Source: Octopus vulgaris (Eukaryota). Taken from it: a stretch of 64,000 bases of DNA. Location of the stretch: contig OX597840.1 of assembly GCA_951406725.2 (NCBI GenBank), positions 17,360,001-17,424,000 of the forward strand. The letters run 5' to 3'. Below, piece by piece: positions 12,988-25,799 of the stretch (positions within the stretch are counted from its first letter, which is position 1; each line of letters begins with the position of its first letter). The notes beneath the pieces are model-generated. The model searched no databases, was not told the DNA's origin, and saw nothing but the letters and a program-made list of their open reading frames with translations. Both the position numbers and the translations under genes were made by a program.

Positions 12988-13484
12988 AAAGCATTGTTTG
13001 CAATGTGTACAGTGAAATATAGAATGCATATTAGCATATTTATTCTTAATATGTCTAGGCAAGATACAAAATAAAAAAAACATCTTCCTTTTCCAACACT
13101 TTATATTAAAGACACAACTATGCTTGACTGTAATCATTTTAATTAAAGATTATTTTCCATTTCACTGCATCAGACATTCTTGTTCAGTTTGGAACAATAG
13201 GAATTCCTAAAATCCATTAGTTTTGAAACGTTAATGGAATAGTGGACTTAAGAATGCTATTGTTCAAACACTATACAGGAATGTCTTATAAAGAAAATCG
13301 TTGATAAAAACCATCATCTTTATTATTTAATCATGTCTATAATATAATATGATACATACAATATATAAATGATATGACATTATAACACACCCATGCACAC
13401 ATGCTTGCATATGTATACGTATTGCAACATTGGTTCTAAGATTAGATGCTACACTAGATATGCACCTACACAGCTCTAAATACA

Positions 13485-14430
13485 TATCCCAGCCTGCAAC
13501 TTCTGAAATCTTACCAACTGTCTACTGGGAAAACCTGCCTTCTAATGGCTGTACCTTGTAGAGCCACCCTTGCACCAAATGATGGCATTTCAAGATATTA
13601 CATGGGTATGAAAGCCAATGACTTCAAGAGAAGTTATACACTGCATATGCACATTTTCAGGTGCAGCGACTGGGAAAAACTTCATCTCCTCATCCTGTTT
13701 TATCTGAAAACTGTGTGACCCCTGGAATGACTTCCCTGACATCAAATGAAGTATCTAATAACAGGGTCCCTCCATGCTCACCTGGGCCAGGCAATTGCTA
13801 ATTCTGTCTCCATAACAGGTCACACCAACTCCATCAACCTTTAATATCCATCAACAGGAAGAATGAACTTATTACTACCACTCTCTCAATGAACTTCACA
13901 ATCCAGATATACTTGACAATCCAGATATACCACCTTAGGCTCGTCTCTCTGTACTCAAGAGCATGGCACTTAACCCCCACCACCCTTATTGACTATAACC
14001 CCATCTCTGCTGACAGTCTAACCTAGCACCACCAAATTTTAATGCAGCTTCATCGATTCTGGTTACACCCACAGAAAGGCTGTCACCACTATGATATATA
14101 ACTCCTCTGCTAACCCACGATAACACCCCATTTTGCTATATGTAGCAGCAAATGCTATGAACTGATGATGTTCAGCCTCTAGACATAGCAGCAACATCTA
14201 TCTACAACATTCCTGTCTGACCACGAGGATTTGAGGACAATGTTAGGAACTGATGCTGCTTCCAAACCAATAACATCACATGATCTGAGTTGACCAATGG
14301 TGGCCCTAACATCTGGAAGCCATTTTGAATTCGTCTCATGTCCTGCTACTTGACCTCTAAATGCCTGATGAACTGGGTTTGTTCCAGGAGTTTAGGAAAC
14401 TTTAAGTTGCATGGAACTGAGTCAAACTTG
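13485..14430 (+). mobile_element. Degraded Penelope-like element 3' end (GIY-YIG remnant, 3' UTR, hammerhead)
   Basis: Frameshifted CN..N.TNC.LG.TCL..V..RATL...MGMKANDFKR..H, PDIK.SI, C.FCL pattern parallels 54548-55338. Confidence 0.6.
14361..14412 (+). ncRNA. Type I hammerhead ribozyme (Penelope-associated)
   Basis: atgc-CTGATGA-a-[GU-rich stem II]-GAAAC-tttaa-GTT^gcat; 4-bp stem I. Confidence 0.6.
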
Positions 14431-14655
14431 TTGAATAATGCATTTACACATACATATATACATATATATATATACACACATTTATATATGTGTGTGTGTG
14501 TGTGTGTGTGTACATATGTATATATATTTGTACATAAGTATGTATGTGTCTGTCTGTCTAGTTATCTAATCTATTTATCTATGTACCTAACTTTCTATCT
14601 ATCTATCTTTAAATATATATACATATATACATATGTAACTACACACACACACACG

Positions 14656-14702
<47 letters not shown>

Positions 14703-15889
14703 ATATATCTCTTTACTCTCTTTTACTCTTTTATTTATTTCAGTCATTTGACTGTGGTGATGCTGGAGCATCGCCTTTAGTCAAGCAAATCGAATTCTTT
14801 GTAAGCCCAGTACTTATTCTATCGGTCTCTTTTGCTGAACCGCTAAGTTACGAGGATGTAAACATACCAGCATCAGTTGTCAAGTGATGTTGGGGGACAA
14901 ACACATACACACACACACATACATATATACATATATACGCCAGGCTTCATTCAGATTCCATCTATCAAATCCACTCGCAAGGCTTTAGTCGGCCTGTGGC
15001 TATAGTAGAAGACACTTAAGACACTTGCCGAAGGTGCCACGCAGTGGGACTGAACCCAGAACCATGTGGTTCGTAAGCAAGCTACTTACCACACAGCCGC
15101 TCCTGCACCTATATTTATTATTCTTATACAAGAATGTTGCTGACAATGACTTCGAAGTGTCAGTCAGCTGATCCAGTCCAACAATAGCTTAGCTGGCCGA
15201 GACTTTGAAGTCACTCTTTCTGATCGGATATCGGAGAAGTCTGGTTCCATTGTTTAATCCATAGTCAATCAATTGAAAAAGTAGAGAGGAAACAGACCTG
15301 CTCCTTTGTCTTCCTCAGAACAATAATCTACTGGCTGCCATAAGAAGGAATTTGACTCAAAGGGTATTATTTGAACATTAGGTCAAATATTTTAAGCAAG
15401 TATTTGGCCAATGCTACACTGGTAACAGGGAAGGAGAGCTATCGCATTAAGCATCAAAGATTTGTAAATCTGATCTGGAAAAAACTGGAATCTGATCTTC
15501 CACTACGTTGTTAAGTGTTGTTGCAAGACACAGAGGGATTACTGTGTTGAAAATTACTGACAGATTTTTGAAATGTTAGTTGAGAGAAGGGAGTTATATG
15601 TTAAGAGAAGAATACATTGACTGATTGAAGACATGGCAAAATATTTAGACAAAGGGAACAATTTACTGTTCACTCTATATTAAGATATTTGGCTTCCAGT
15701 TAATAATACAAATAAGAATATTAACGAGCTGAATTAATAAGGAACTATAATATAGTAACAGAAGAATAAGCAAAATAATGCTGTTTCAATTGCATATACT
15801 AAATTTATTATGACCCTGCAAACGTTTTGTAATATCAGTCAATATATTCAGTTTTGCTGTATATCGGAAGGGACAAATTTTGCTTAGGC

Positions 15890-16620
15890 CTGTGGCAATC
15901 AGTTATACATTTCCCTGTAGAACACGATTTTCGTCCTTGGGTAGCAACTGTTATTTCCAATTTGCTTATCCCTAGAAAGTATGAAAAACGGCTAATATTG
16001 CCTTCAAATTTTGCTTTTGTTATGATAATTATTCAAACCCCAAAGAATCCTTCTCAGCACATGGCTATGGTATTCCCCAACTACTCCTGCTCCTGATCAG
16101 AGATGCACATATTGTCAGCCACTAAGGGACATGCTCAAGTGGTTAAAGTCAAGCAACAGACAAGCAAATCTGTGGTATTGAGCAAAATATTTGCTATAAT
16201 GATATTCCTACTTCAGAAACTGAGCACTGGATCTGCGAGAAATATAATGAAAAAAAGTCAGTTTGAAAACGTTGATATCCAAGTCAGAAAAGCAAAGTTT
16301 GAAGGGACCAGTAGTGATTTCCTTTGATTTCTAGATAGAAGCAAATGAGTAATAACACTTACTGATCAAAGACATGCAAATCTGTGGTATTGAACAGAAT
16401 ATTTGCTATAACGATCTTTCTGCTTCAGCGACTCAGTGCTGAATCTGTCTGAAATGTAATGGTAAATAGGTCAGTTTGAAAACATTGATGTCCAGGTCAG
16501 AAAAGCAAAATTTGAAGGGAATAGTAGTCATTTCCTTCGATTTCCAGATAGAAGCAAATAGGAAAAAACACATATTGACCAAATACAGAAAACAAATTAA
16601 AATTTGTTAGACAGTGTTAT
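15890..16620. mobile_element. Non-autonomous DNA element with diverged long inverted subterminal repeats and an internal ~212-bp tandem duplication
   Basis: 15950-16020 is the inverse of 16500-16570; units 16159-16370 and 16371-16585; a further partial copy at 2930-3170. Confidence 0.5.
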
Positions 16621-16929
16621 TTACAAGAAAGTAATGTCTGAAATAGAACAGAACTAACAATCTCTGTTCCTATTATTCCAAATTCCTTCAAAGGCTGAAA
16701 CAATCTGCCAGACTCTACTATCTGCTTTGGCTTGGTTTCTACAGTTGGATGCCAAACACTCTACAGAGTGGACTGGGTGTTTTTTGTCATGTGGCACCAG
16801 CACCAGTGAGGTTATCAAGTAACTTGCAAGAGAAAGACCCTTCAACACGTGGGGATCCATACTGATGGAGGTGGCTTTGTGTTAGGGGATAGAGTTTGAA
16901 CAGAAGGACAGAAATAGATGGGAAGAGAG

Positions 16930-17330
16930 TGATAAAGGGAAGAGAGAGAGGTGAGAGGACAGGGAAACATGAAAGAGGGAGAGAGGAGAGAGAGAGAGAA
17001 AGAGAGAGGAGAGAGAGAGGAGAGAGAGGAGTGAGAGAGGAGAGAGAGGAAAGAGAGGAGAGAGAGGAGAGGAGAGAGAGAGAGGGGAGAGGAGAGTGAG
17101 AAAGGAGAGAGGGGGAGAGAGAGGGGAGAGAGAGGGGAGAGAGAGGGGAGAGAGAGGAGTGAGACAGGAAAGACAGGAGAGAGGAGAAAGAGGAGAGAGA
17201 GGAGAGAGAGGAGACAGAAGAGAGAGAGAGGGGAGAGGGGAGAGAGGAGAGAGAGGAGAGAGAAGAGAGAGGAGAGAGAAGAGAGGAAAGAGAGACAGGA
17301 GAGAGAAGAGAGAGAGAGAGAGAGAAGAGA
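16930..17330. repeat. ~400-bp polypurine (GA/GGA) low-complexity tract
   Basis: Direct; source of the RE-rich and SLSP-rich ORFs. Confidence 0.95.
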
Positions 17331-17846
17331 AGCTGGTAAAAATATGAGAGGGTGAGGAGGTAGAGTGAAGAGGGTGTTGTGTAGATAAGTGAAGAGGGAT
17401 CAAGGATTGGATAGAGTGGGTGGGGTGGGTGGGTCAGTTTGTGAGAGTGCGAAAAAAGGGGATTTGGAGGTGGAGGGGGGAGGAAAGGGAATGGAGGGAG
17501 TGGATACAAATGGGGGCAGAAGGGTGTTAGGGCAGGGTGGGGGTGGGAGAAACAGAATTCAACAGAGACACATTGTAAGTGGGTGTGTTTGCACAAGGGA
17601 GGGGTGGTAGCTGGAGGGGAGGGGAACAGTGAGTGATGGGTTCAGGTGAGGGATGGGGGGAGGAGTTAGGAAGATAGTTTGAAAGGGGAGAGGTCTGTCA
17701 AGGACAGGATGCATGGACTTAACTGGCCAGGTCTTCTCAATCTCAGAAAATTGCCAATAAGCTCAGCCCCTATAGGTATGTGTGTGTGTGTATGGATATA
17801 TATGTATATATGCGTGTGTGTGTATATATATATATATATATACATA

Positions 17847-17878
<32 letters not shown>

Positions 17879-18341
17879 TAAATAATAAGAGTGAAAAATT
17901 GAATATTAATGTGATTAATATCAATTTAAAACCAGTGGTCTAGCATATTGAAAAATCTGAAGATTCAGAAAAATTGTATTACATACATATAAGAGGGATG
18001 ACCACTAGGTGGACATCCAATACACTAGAGGTAGACCCCATATGGTCTGACCACTAAGAAAAGATATATATATATATACTGTCTATATCTCATTTAGAGA
18101 ATTATTATTGCTATATATATATATATATATATATATATACGAGGGACGTTCAATAAGTAATGCCTCTGACCCACTTGCAGTTGTTTGATCTAGTGGGTGA
18201 ATGGCATTATGCTCCTGATTGTGATGTTGAACTTAAAATGGTATGACTATTTAATTTTTCCCACTAGCCGCTGTGGCAATAGATTCTACAAATTTTTTGC
18301 ACCCTATATTGATTAATTATATATATATATATATATATATA

Positions 18342-19615
18342 CGAGGACGTTCAATAAGTAATGCCCTGACCCACTTGCAGTTGTTTGATCTGAAATTTTG
18401 CATGTGAATCATTTGTATCTCTATAGAGTAAGTGGCAAATTACAGCTCTGTTGTGGTTTCTGATTTACAGGTGTTTGAACCGAGTCAAGTGTGAAATGGA
18501 GCCTGTTGAGTGTCGAGCAGTGATCCGGTTTTTGTATTTGAAAGGACGCACACCACGGGAGACTTTTGATGAAATGAAAGTAACTTATGGTGATGATGCC
18601 CCATCATATGACCTTGTAAAACGCTGGCATCGTGAATTCAAACATGGTCGGAACTCTGTGGAAACAGCTCCAAGATCTGGTCGCCCCCTTCTGCCATTGA
18701 TGAGGCATCTGTCTGTCAAGTTGAGGCTGCCATTTTGGAAGATCGACGCATAACTATTCGCCAAATAGCCCATGAGGTCAAGATTAGTACCGGGTCTGTG
18801 GAAACTATCATTCATGACCATTTGCATATGCAAAAGGTGTCTGCCAGATGGATTCCCAGGTTGCTCACGCCTTTCCAGAAGCAAGAACGCGTCGAGTGCT
18901 CGAGGTTGAATTTGGAGATGTGCCAAGAAGATGAGTCAAAATTTTTCAAAAGACTGATTACACAGGATGAAACCTGGGTCCATCACGATGATCCAGAGAC
19001 CAAAGCCCAGTCAATGCAGTGGAAGCACCGTGACTCACCCCCTCCAAAGAAGGCAAGGGTGCAGCCCTCCGCTGGCAAGGTCATGCTCACAGTCTTCTGG
19101 GACCAGGACGGAGTAGTGATGATAGATTTCCTGGCAAAGGGTACCACAATTGCAGGAGCCTATTATGCTTCACTTTTGAGGAAATTAAGAGAAGTTATCA
19201 AAATCAAGAGGTGGGGCAAGATCAGAAAAGGCATCCTCCTCCTGCAGGACAACGCTCCGGTCCACAACTCGCGTGTCGCCAGATCAGAAGCACAGGCATA
19301 TGGCTATGAACTCCTCCCCATCCCCCCTACTTTCCTGACCTTGCACCCTCTGATTTTCACCTCTTCCCAATCATGAAGTTGTTTTTGAAAGGAAAGCGTT
19401 TCCCAGCTGATGCAGCCTTGATTTCTGAAGTCACGTTGAGGTTGGAGGACCAAGCTGGGTTCTTCTACAAAAACGGTCTCCAGAGCCGCATCAAACGATG
19501 GGAGAAATGCGTACCTCTGGGTTGTTCCTATGTAGAAAAAGACTAATAACTGTGCCAAGTTTCGTTGCTCTACTGCTATGGGAAGTCAGGGGTATTACTT
19601 ATTGAACGCCCCTCG
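18342..19615 (+). mobile_element. Full-length mariner (DD34D, irritans-like) with frameshifted transposase
   Basis: TA-flanked TIRs (cgaggacgttcaataagtaatgccc / gggtattacttattgaacgcccctcg); ATG at 18496; WIPRLL, TQDETW, LQDNAP and PDLAPSDF motifs; frameshifts near 18690 and 19320. Confidence 0.95.
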
Positions 19616-19621
19616 TATGTA

Positions 19622-20346
19622 GTGACGTATATTTGCCATTTGAATATGGCTAACTCCTAAGGGTGGATGCTACTGTAGTTTGTAACCCCAGGAAGACACC
19701 TCCTCCAGCTGGCTATAGCCACACTTTCTGTGCCCTATCAGTATTTGTGAAGGGAAGTCATCCTTCCTGTCTTCAACTTATGATACACACAGACTCGAGA
19801 CGGGAAGGATGACTTCCCTTCACAAATACTGATAGGGCACAGAAAGTGTGTCTATAGCCAGCTGGAGGATGTGTCTTCCTGCGGCTACAAACTACAGTAG
19901 CATCCACCCTTAGGGGTTAGCCATATTCAAATGGCAAATATACGTCACGATGTGTTGCTGCTACTGTTTATAACTCGCTCTGAGATTTATCATTGTTTGA
20001 TTTCACTTTTTCAATATCAGTGTCAATCGATACAGGAAAAAGTATATGTATTTGTGAGGAGAACTGACTTCTCGTCGACAACTATGATTGTCACACGCCG
20101 ATGATAGGTCAATACCTTGAAACTCGAGTCCGTGTGTATCATAAGTTGAAGACGGGAAGGATGACTTCCCTTCACAAATACTGAGAGGGCACAGAAAGTG
20201 TGTCTATAGCCAGCTGGAGGAGGTGTCTTCCTGGAGCTACAAACTACAGTAGCATCCACCCTTAGGGGTTAGCCATATTCAAATGGCAAATATACGTCAC
20301 GATGTGTTGCCGCTACTGTTTATAACTCGCTCTGAGATTTATCATT
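19622..20346 (+). mobile_element. Non-coding retrozyme/Penelope pLTR-like repeat: inverted arm plus ~1.5 tandem units of 352 bp
   Basis: 19622-19772 is the inverse of 19798-19948; 19799-19996 repeats at 20151-20346; contains a hammerhead at 20092-20136. Confidence 0.8.
20092..20136 (+). ncRNA. Type I hammerhead ribozyme, U4C core variant
   Basis: cacacg-CCGATGA-t-aggt(caat)acct-t-GAAA-c-tcga-GTC^cgtgtg; perfect 6-bp stem I and palindromic stem III. Confidence 0.8.
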
Positions 20347-20368
20347 ATATATATGTATATATATATAA

Positions 20369-20420
<52 letters not shown>

Positions 20421-20715
20421 AAATTAGAGATAAAACCACTATTAGGCAAATCAAACAGTGAAAATCATATGCCAATACATAGAAATAAAATTAATTAATA
20501 AAATATATAAAAAATATAAAATATAAAATTCCAAATTAAAATATTTAAATTAAAGTTAAAATTTTAAAATGATTTAAAATAATAATTTAAACTTATAAAT
20601 TTTAAATATATATACATATATATATTTTATTATTTTATTTATTTATTTATTTTATTATATAACTATCAAAAAGTATTAAAAGTTTAATATATATATATAT
20701 GTATGTATATATATA

Positions 20716-20776
<61 letters not shown>

Positions 20777-20777
20777 A

Positions 20778-20858
<81 letters not shown>

Positions 20859-21172
20859 ATGTATATATGTGTACACACATATATATATTTGTGTGTATAT
20901 ATTTATATATGTATGTATTTATAGATGCATACATATACATATATATCTTTTACTTGTTTCAGTCATTAGACTGCAACCACACAAACACACACACACACAC
21001 ACTATGGTATTATGAATGAATTAAACTGATTAACTGCTGGGAATTTGAATGTAATGTGATATTGAAAATGTGAGCACAAATTATATATACGAAGAGGGAA
21101 AGAAAAGTCAGAAGCCAGTCCACCAATGAATGATAGCTTGGGGAAGTTTATATATTCATATATGCAGTAAAT

Positions 21173-21326
21173 CTATGGAGCTAGCAGGTTCTTCCGTCTG
21201 GCACCAAGTGTGTCAAGGTAGGACTGTTCGCAGACCGGTTTTAACTGGGATGTTTTATTTCTGGGGCCAATCACAGCTTGTCCTACATGTTTTGCAAACA
21301 AACGATTGATGGTGTATACATATTTT
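21173..21326 (-). pseudogene. Possible decayed sushi/CCP exon of the minus-strand gene
   Basis: Acceptor 'ggttacag'; SIVCLQN, then W, then KPVCE across frameshifts. Confidence 0.3.
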
Positions 21327-22329
21327 CTGTAACCTATATACACACAATACCAACACATAGCTGTGTATGGCGAAACATTTCTATACCACAAAATCGTACT
21401 TGCTTTCATATACACATACAGCGATTTCTATAGACTAACATACATGCATAGAGTCATTCATTCATATATATAAATAAATATAGGGTTATATATCTGTGTA
21501 TACATATATGTATATCTATAGCTATGTATGTATATATGTATGTCTCTTTTACTCTCTTTGACTTGTTTCAGTCATTTGAGTGTGGCCATGCTGGAGCACC
21601 ACCTTTAGTCGAACAAATCGACCCCAGATTTTTTTTCTTTGTAAGCCTAGTACTTATTCTATTGTTCTCTTTTGCTGAACCACTAAGTTACGCGGACGTA
21701 AACACACCAGCATCGGTTGTCAAGTGATGTTGGGGGAAAAAACACAAATGCAGACACACACACACACACACACATACACACATATATATATACAGATATA
21801 CGACAGACTTCTTTCCGTTTCTGTCTACCAAATCCACCCACAAGGCTTTGGTCGGCCTGAGGCTATACTAGAAAACACTTGCCCAAGGTGCCACGCAATG
21901 GGAATAAACCCGGAACCATGTAGTTGGTAAGCAAGCTACTTACCACGCAGCCACTCCTGTGCCTGTATGTGTGATTTTTCTTTGAGTTTTATTTTAGTTC
22001 TTCGTGAGGAAGTTCTAGCTGGTCATTAACAAAGTGACAAGATTTTTGAGTTTATGGAGTCCCCAGTGTTTGTAAATACGTGGTTGAATTGGTGTGTTAG
22101 TTAAACTGTTGATGCATGGACCCAAGTGTGTGCATCTATTCACATAAGAATCTCAGATGGAGAATTTTGGGAACATCTTACAAATCTTCAATCTACCAAG
22201 GAAAAGTTGGATTTGGAGAATCCATGTCAGTTCCTTTGCTTTTTCTCTGTGACACTGAATATTTCCAGGTTTTTCTATAAATTTGTTGGTTCATAACCTA
22301 AGTCGCCTATGATAATGTATGTATATCAT

Positions 22330-23340
22330 TATTCAGTTTATTTCAAGATTTCTTGCCAATAGAGAAAGAACCAGTTTCTAACCTAGGTCCAAGACTCCTT
22401 CATTGGAATTTCAACAACAGGGTATTTTTGTTCATATGTATGTATGTGCGGGGACATAGAAATAATCGGACTGAATACCAGATCACGCGGTTAAACCATT
22501 GGAAGTGAAGGATTCCTAGCCTTTGTTAGGGCATCCTTCTAGGAGAAGGTAACTCAGGTAACTGGGATAACTCCGACATAAAACCTGCGGCTCAGTGGTT
22601 ACCGATGATGTTGACTTGTTCTTCTTTTCGGATTATTACTGCTGTTGCTTAGTGAGTGGGATTGACTCAGTGCACAGCCTTTCCTCACTTTAAAAAGAAT
22701 CTTCCTGCACAGGCATTGCACGATAACAACATTGATTAAGCTTCGTGCAATGGCCTTACTCAATAACAAGGGGGCAGCCACAATGTATGTATGTATGTAT
22801 GTATGTATGTATGTATGTATGTATGTATGTATGTATGTTCAGAGTTGTATGTTCTATGTATGTATTCTCATGCATATATTTGCATACCTAGACATATATT
22901 TAAATGATAAACTTCCGGAAAGAGCTCGATGAGGACATCCTACAAAATAAAATCCCATGATAACTGTTGAGGAACTTGCAGAGAAGCCTGGATTTGGTCA
23001 GTCAACTATTCATAGATTCATAGTTTTACAGATTTTTACAGTTCCAGTGATGGATTGGATCTGTAGTCTTAGAATTAGCTTTCTCCTTTCTGGTATTTAG
23101 GTGTTACATATCCCCTAAATACCCAGGGCCCCTATAATTACAGGTATAAACCTGAACTTATAATCTGGATAGAGTAACTGCAGATTTCTCAATAGTTCAG
23201 CATAGGTGTTCTCTCTTTCACTGATCTTCAGCTTTCTGTTAACATCCGCTGGGCAGCTAATTTCCACAACTGTGCACAGTTTCTCTTCTCTTCCCCAAAG
23301 CAGTATATCAGGTCTGTTCTGCTTACATTCCACCAGTATT
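22330..23340 (-). mobile_element. R4/Dong-like LINE 3' end (restriction-like endonuclease), interrupted by other repeats (22450-22785, 22925-23015)
   Basis: NRPDILLW...VEISCPADVN...K...Y.EL...PVIIGALG, a PD-(D/E)xK REL domain. Confidence 0.8.
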
Positions 23341-24292
23341 CCTTTTTTATTACGAGTGGCTATGGTTTCTACCATATTGTGGGATCTTATTTCTATATCC
23401 TCGGGCGAGAGGTTGTTTATAGAAGCAGATTTTCTACAGCCTGATGCCCTCCCTGTAACCAACCCTCACCAAGCAAGGTTAACATTTCCTCATGACCAGA
23501 CTGTTTCTGCAGAATATTGGAAGATCACGACCCTGCTTGTATATCAGTGCTGCTTGTTTACGACTATGGCATAATGTCATGGCAAGGATAGTTGAGGCAG
23601 TGGGTATCTTGAGGGGTAATATGTATGAGTAAAAGAGAAAGAGAGAGAGAATGTGTGTGTGTGTGTGCATGTTAGCATGAGTGATAAGCAGCATGTGTGG
23701 GTGTGTGTTGTCATAGAGTGTGTGTGTGTGGTAGTGTGATTATATGTGTGTGTGTATGTGTGTATGTGTGTATGTGAATGAGTGTGTGTGTGTGTCATAG
23801 AGTGTAGTAGTGTGTGTGTGGTAGTGTGATTATATGTGTGTGATTATATGTGTGTGATTATATGTGTGTGTATGTGTGCATGTGTGTGAGTGTGTGTATA
23901 TGTGCGCGAGTGTGTGTGTATGTGTGTGTGTCCTACAGTGTGGTAGTGTGAGTGTTAGTGTGCGTGTGTGTGTGTGTGCATGTTAGCATGAGTGTATGTG
24001 TCATGAGCAGCATGTGTGGGTGTGCGTGTGTGTCATAGAGTGTGGTAACATGTGTGTGGTAGCGGGATTATATATGTGTGAGTATATGTATGTGTGTATG
24101 TGCAGGAGTGTATGTGTGTTTCATACAGTGTGGTAGTGTGTGTGATGGTGTGTGTGTGTGTGTGCAAAATGGCTTTGCTGATAGTGTCTATGAGTAGTAA
24201 TGCGTGTGTGTTATAGTATAGCAGTGTATGTATAATGGTGTATACATGTGCATCTGTTTGTATGTATGTGTGTGTTTAATTGTGGCAGTAGG

Positions 24293-24326
<34 letters not shown>

Positions 24327-25048
24327 TAGTTGTAGTAGTAGTAGTAGAACCAGCAGCAGCAACTGTGACGGTAGTTGTGGCAGTAGTATTGGTGATGGTG
24401 GTGGAGGTGGTGGTAGTGGTGATGGTGGTAGTGGTGGGTTGGGTGGAGGTGGTGATAGTGTTAATAACGGCGGCGGCGATGGTGGTAGTGATAATAGTGG
24501 TGGTGGCGACAGTGGTGGCGGTGGTGGTGGCCATGGCGGCGGTGGTGCTGGCGGTGTAGTGGTTTGTTACGTTTCTTGTTCAATGAATTTATTTTGTACA
24601 TGAATTATTCTATACAAATTGCTGTATATAAATGCACCAGGTACCATATATGGATATATATATATATATAGATAGATAGATAGATAGATAGACAGACAGA
24701 TACACACATACACATATATAACTCTGCGCTACACATACACACACCCTACGTACATATATAGGTATTCAAAACGAAACAGACATTACTAAAACTGGGTGTT
24801 AACAGACTTTAAAGTTTTATGCGTAAATAAATTATACATACCAATGTATGTATATTATATCTATGCATACATATATATGTATATATATGTATACATATGT
24901 ATATATATATATGCATCCACTGGACTACTTAATATAAAAGGAATGTGTATATGTAGGTATGAGGGTCATTACTAAGGTAAAGTATGAGTATGCATATAAG
25001 CATACATACAGCTCATACAAACATATACACACACACAAACACACACAG

Positions 25049-25081
<33 letters not shown>

Positions 25082-25233
25082 ATTGTGTGTGTGTTTGTGT
25101 AAAGATCTGCACATATTTATATAGTTGTATACATAAATATGTCTACAAGCATACATTATGTATGTACATATCCATTCATACATATATGTATGTACATAAA
25201 TAAGTAATAGATATTTATATAAAAATATATACA

Positions 25234-25792
25234 TTGGGTTGTCCGGAAAGTTGGTGCCGATTTATAGCAGCTTAACTTTCGACTTATTTTAGAACGTGGT
25301 TGAGTCCATAAAATAGGATTTGACTACACCTCCATTTAGAGCATAGTTTAAGCTATCTTTTCGTGGAAGAAAGTTTATGTTCCTATAACCTGTGTTTATT
25401 CTGTAACCCTTTAAAGTGGAAGATAAGAAAGTTTATTTTCGGCACTTGATGCTTTGAGAACCAGACAAAAATTGCTGCAGCTCAGCTGGGATGTGTTACC
25501 TCCATATTCACCAGATATTGCTCCTTCGGATTTCCACTTATTCAGGTCTCTGCAGAATAGTCTTAATGGTAAAAATTTCAATTCCTTGGATGACGTAAAA
25601 AGATACCTTGATGAATTCTTTCCCATGAAACCACCTCAATTGTGGGAAGAGGGTATTTTCAAGTTAAAGGAAAGATGGAGACGCATTGGGCAACAAAATG
25701 GTTCATATTTGGTTGATTAAAAATGTAATGGCAAGTATTTATTGACCTTTTTCTTTCCTTTAAAATTGGCACAAGCTTTCCAGACAACCCAA
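25234..25792 (+). mobile_element. Internally deleted mariner (mellifera-like), copy 1
   Basis: TIRs ttgggttgtccggaaagtt / ctttccagacaacccaa; first transposase codons joined to the C-terminus YSPDIAPSDFHLFRSL. Confidence 0.92.
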
Positions 25793-25799
25793 TATATAT

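Noticed and set aside
16787-17610. Long SLSP-rich and RE-rich ORFs
   Set aside because: Low-complexity GA tract, not coding.
21990-22306. Possible post-VWD exon fossil on the minus strand (GYEPT..., C....PCI..L.NT)
   Set aside because: The position fits the gene model but the similarity is too weak to call by eye.
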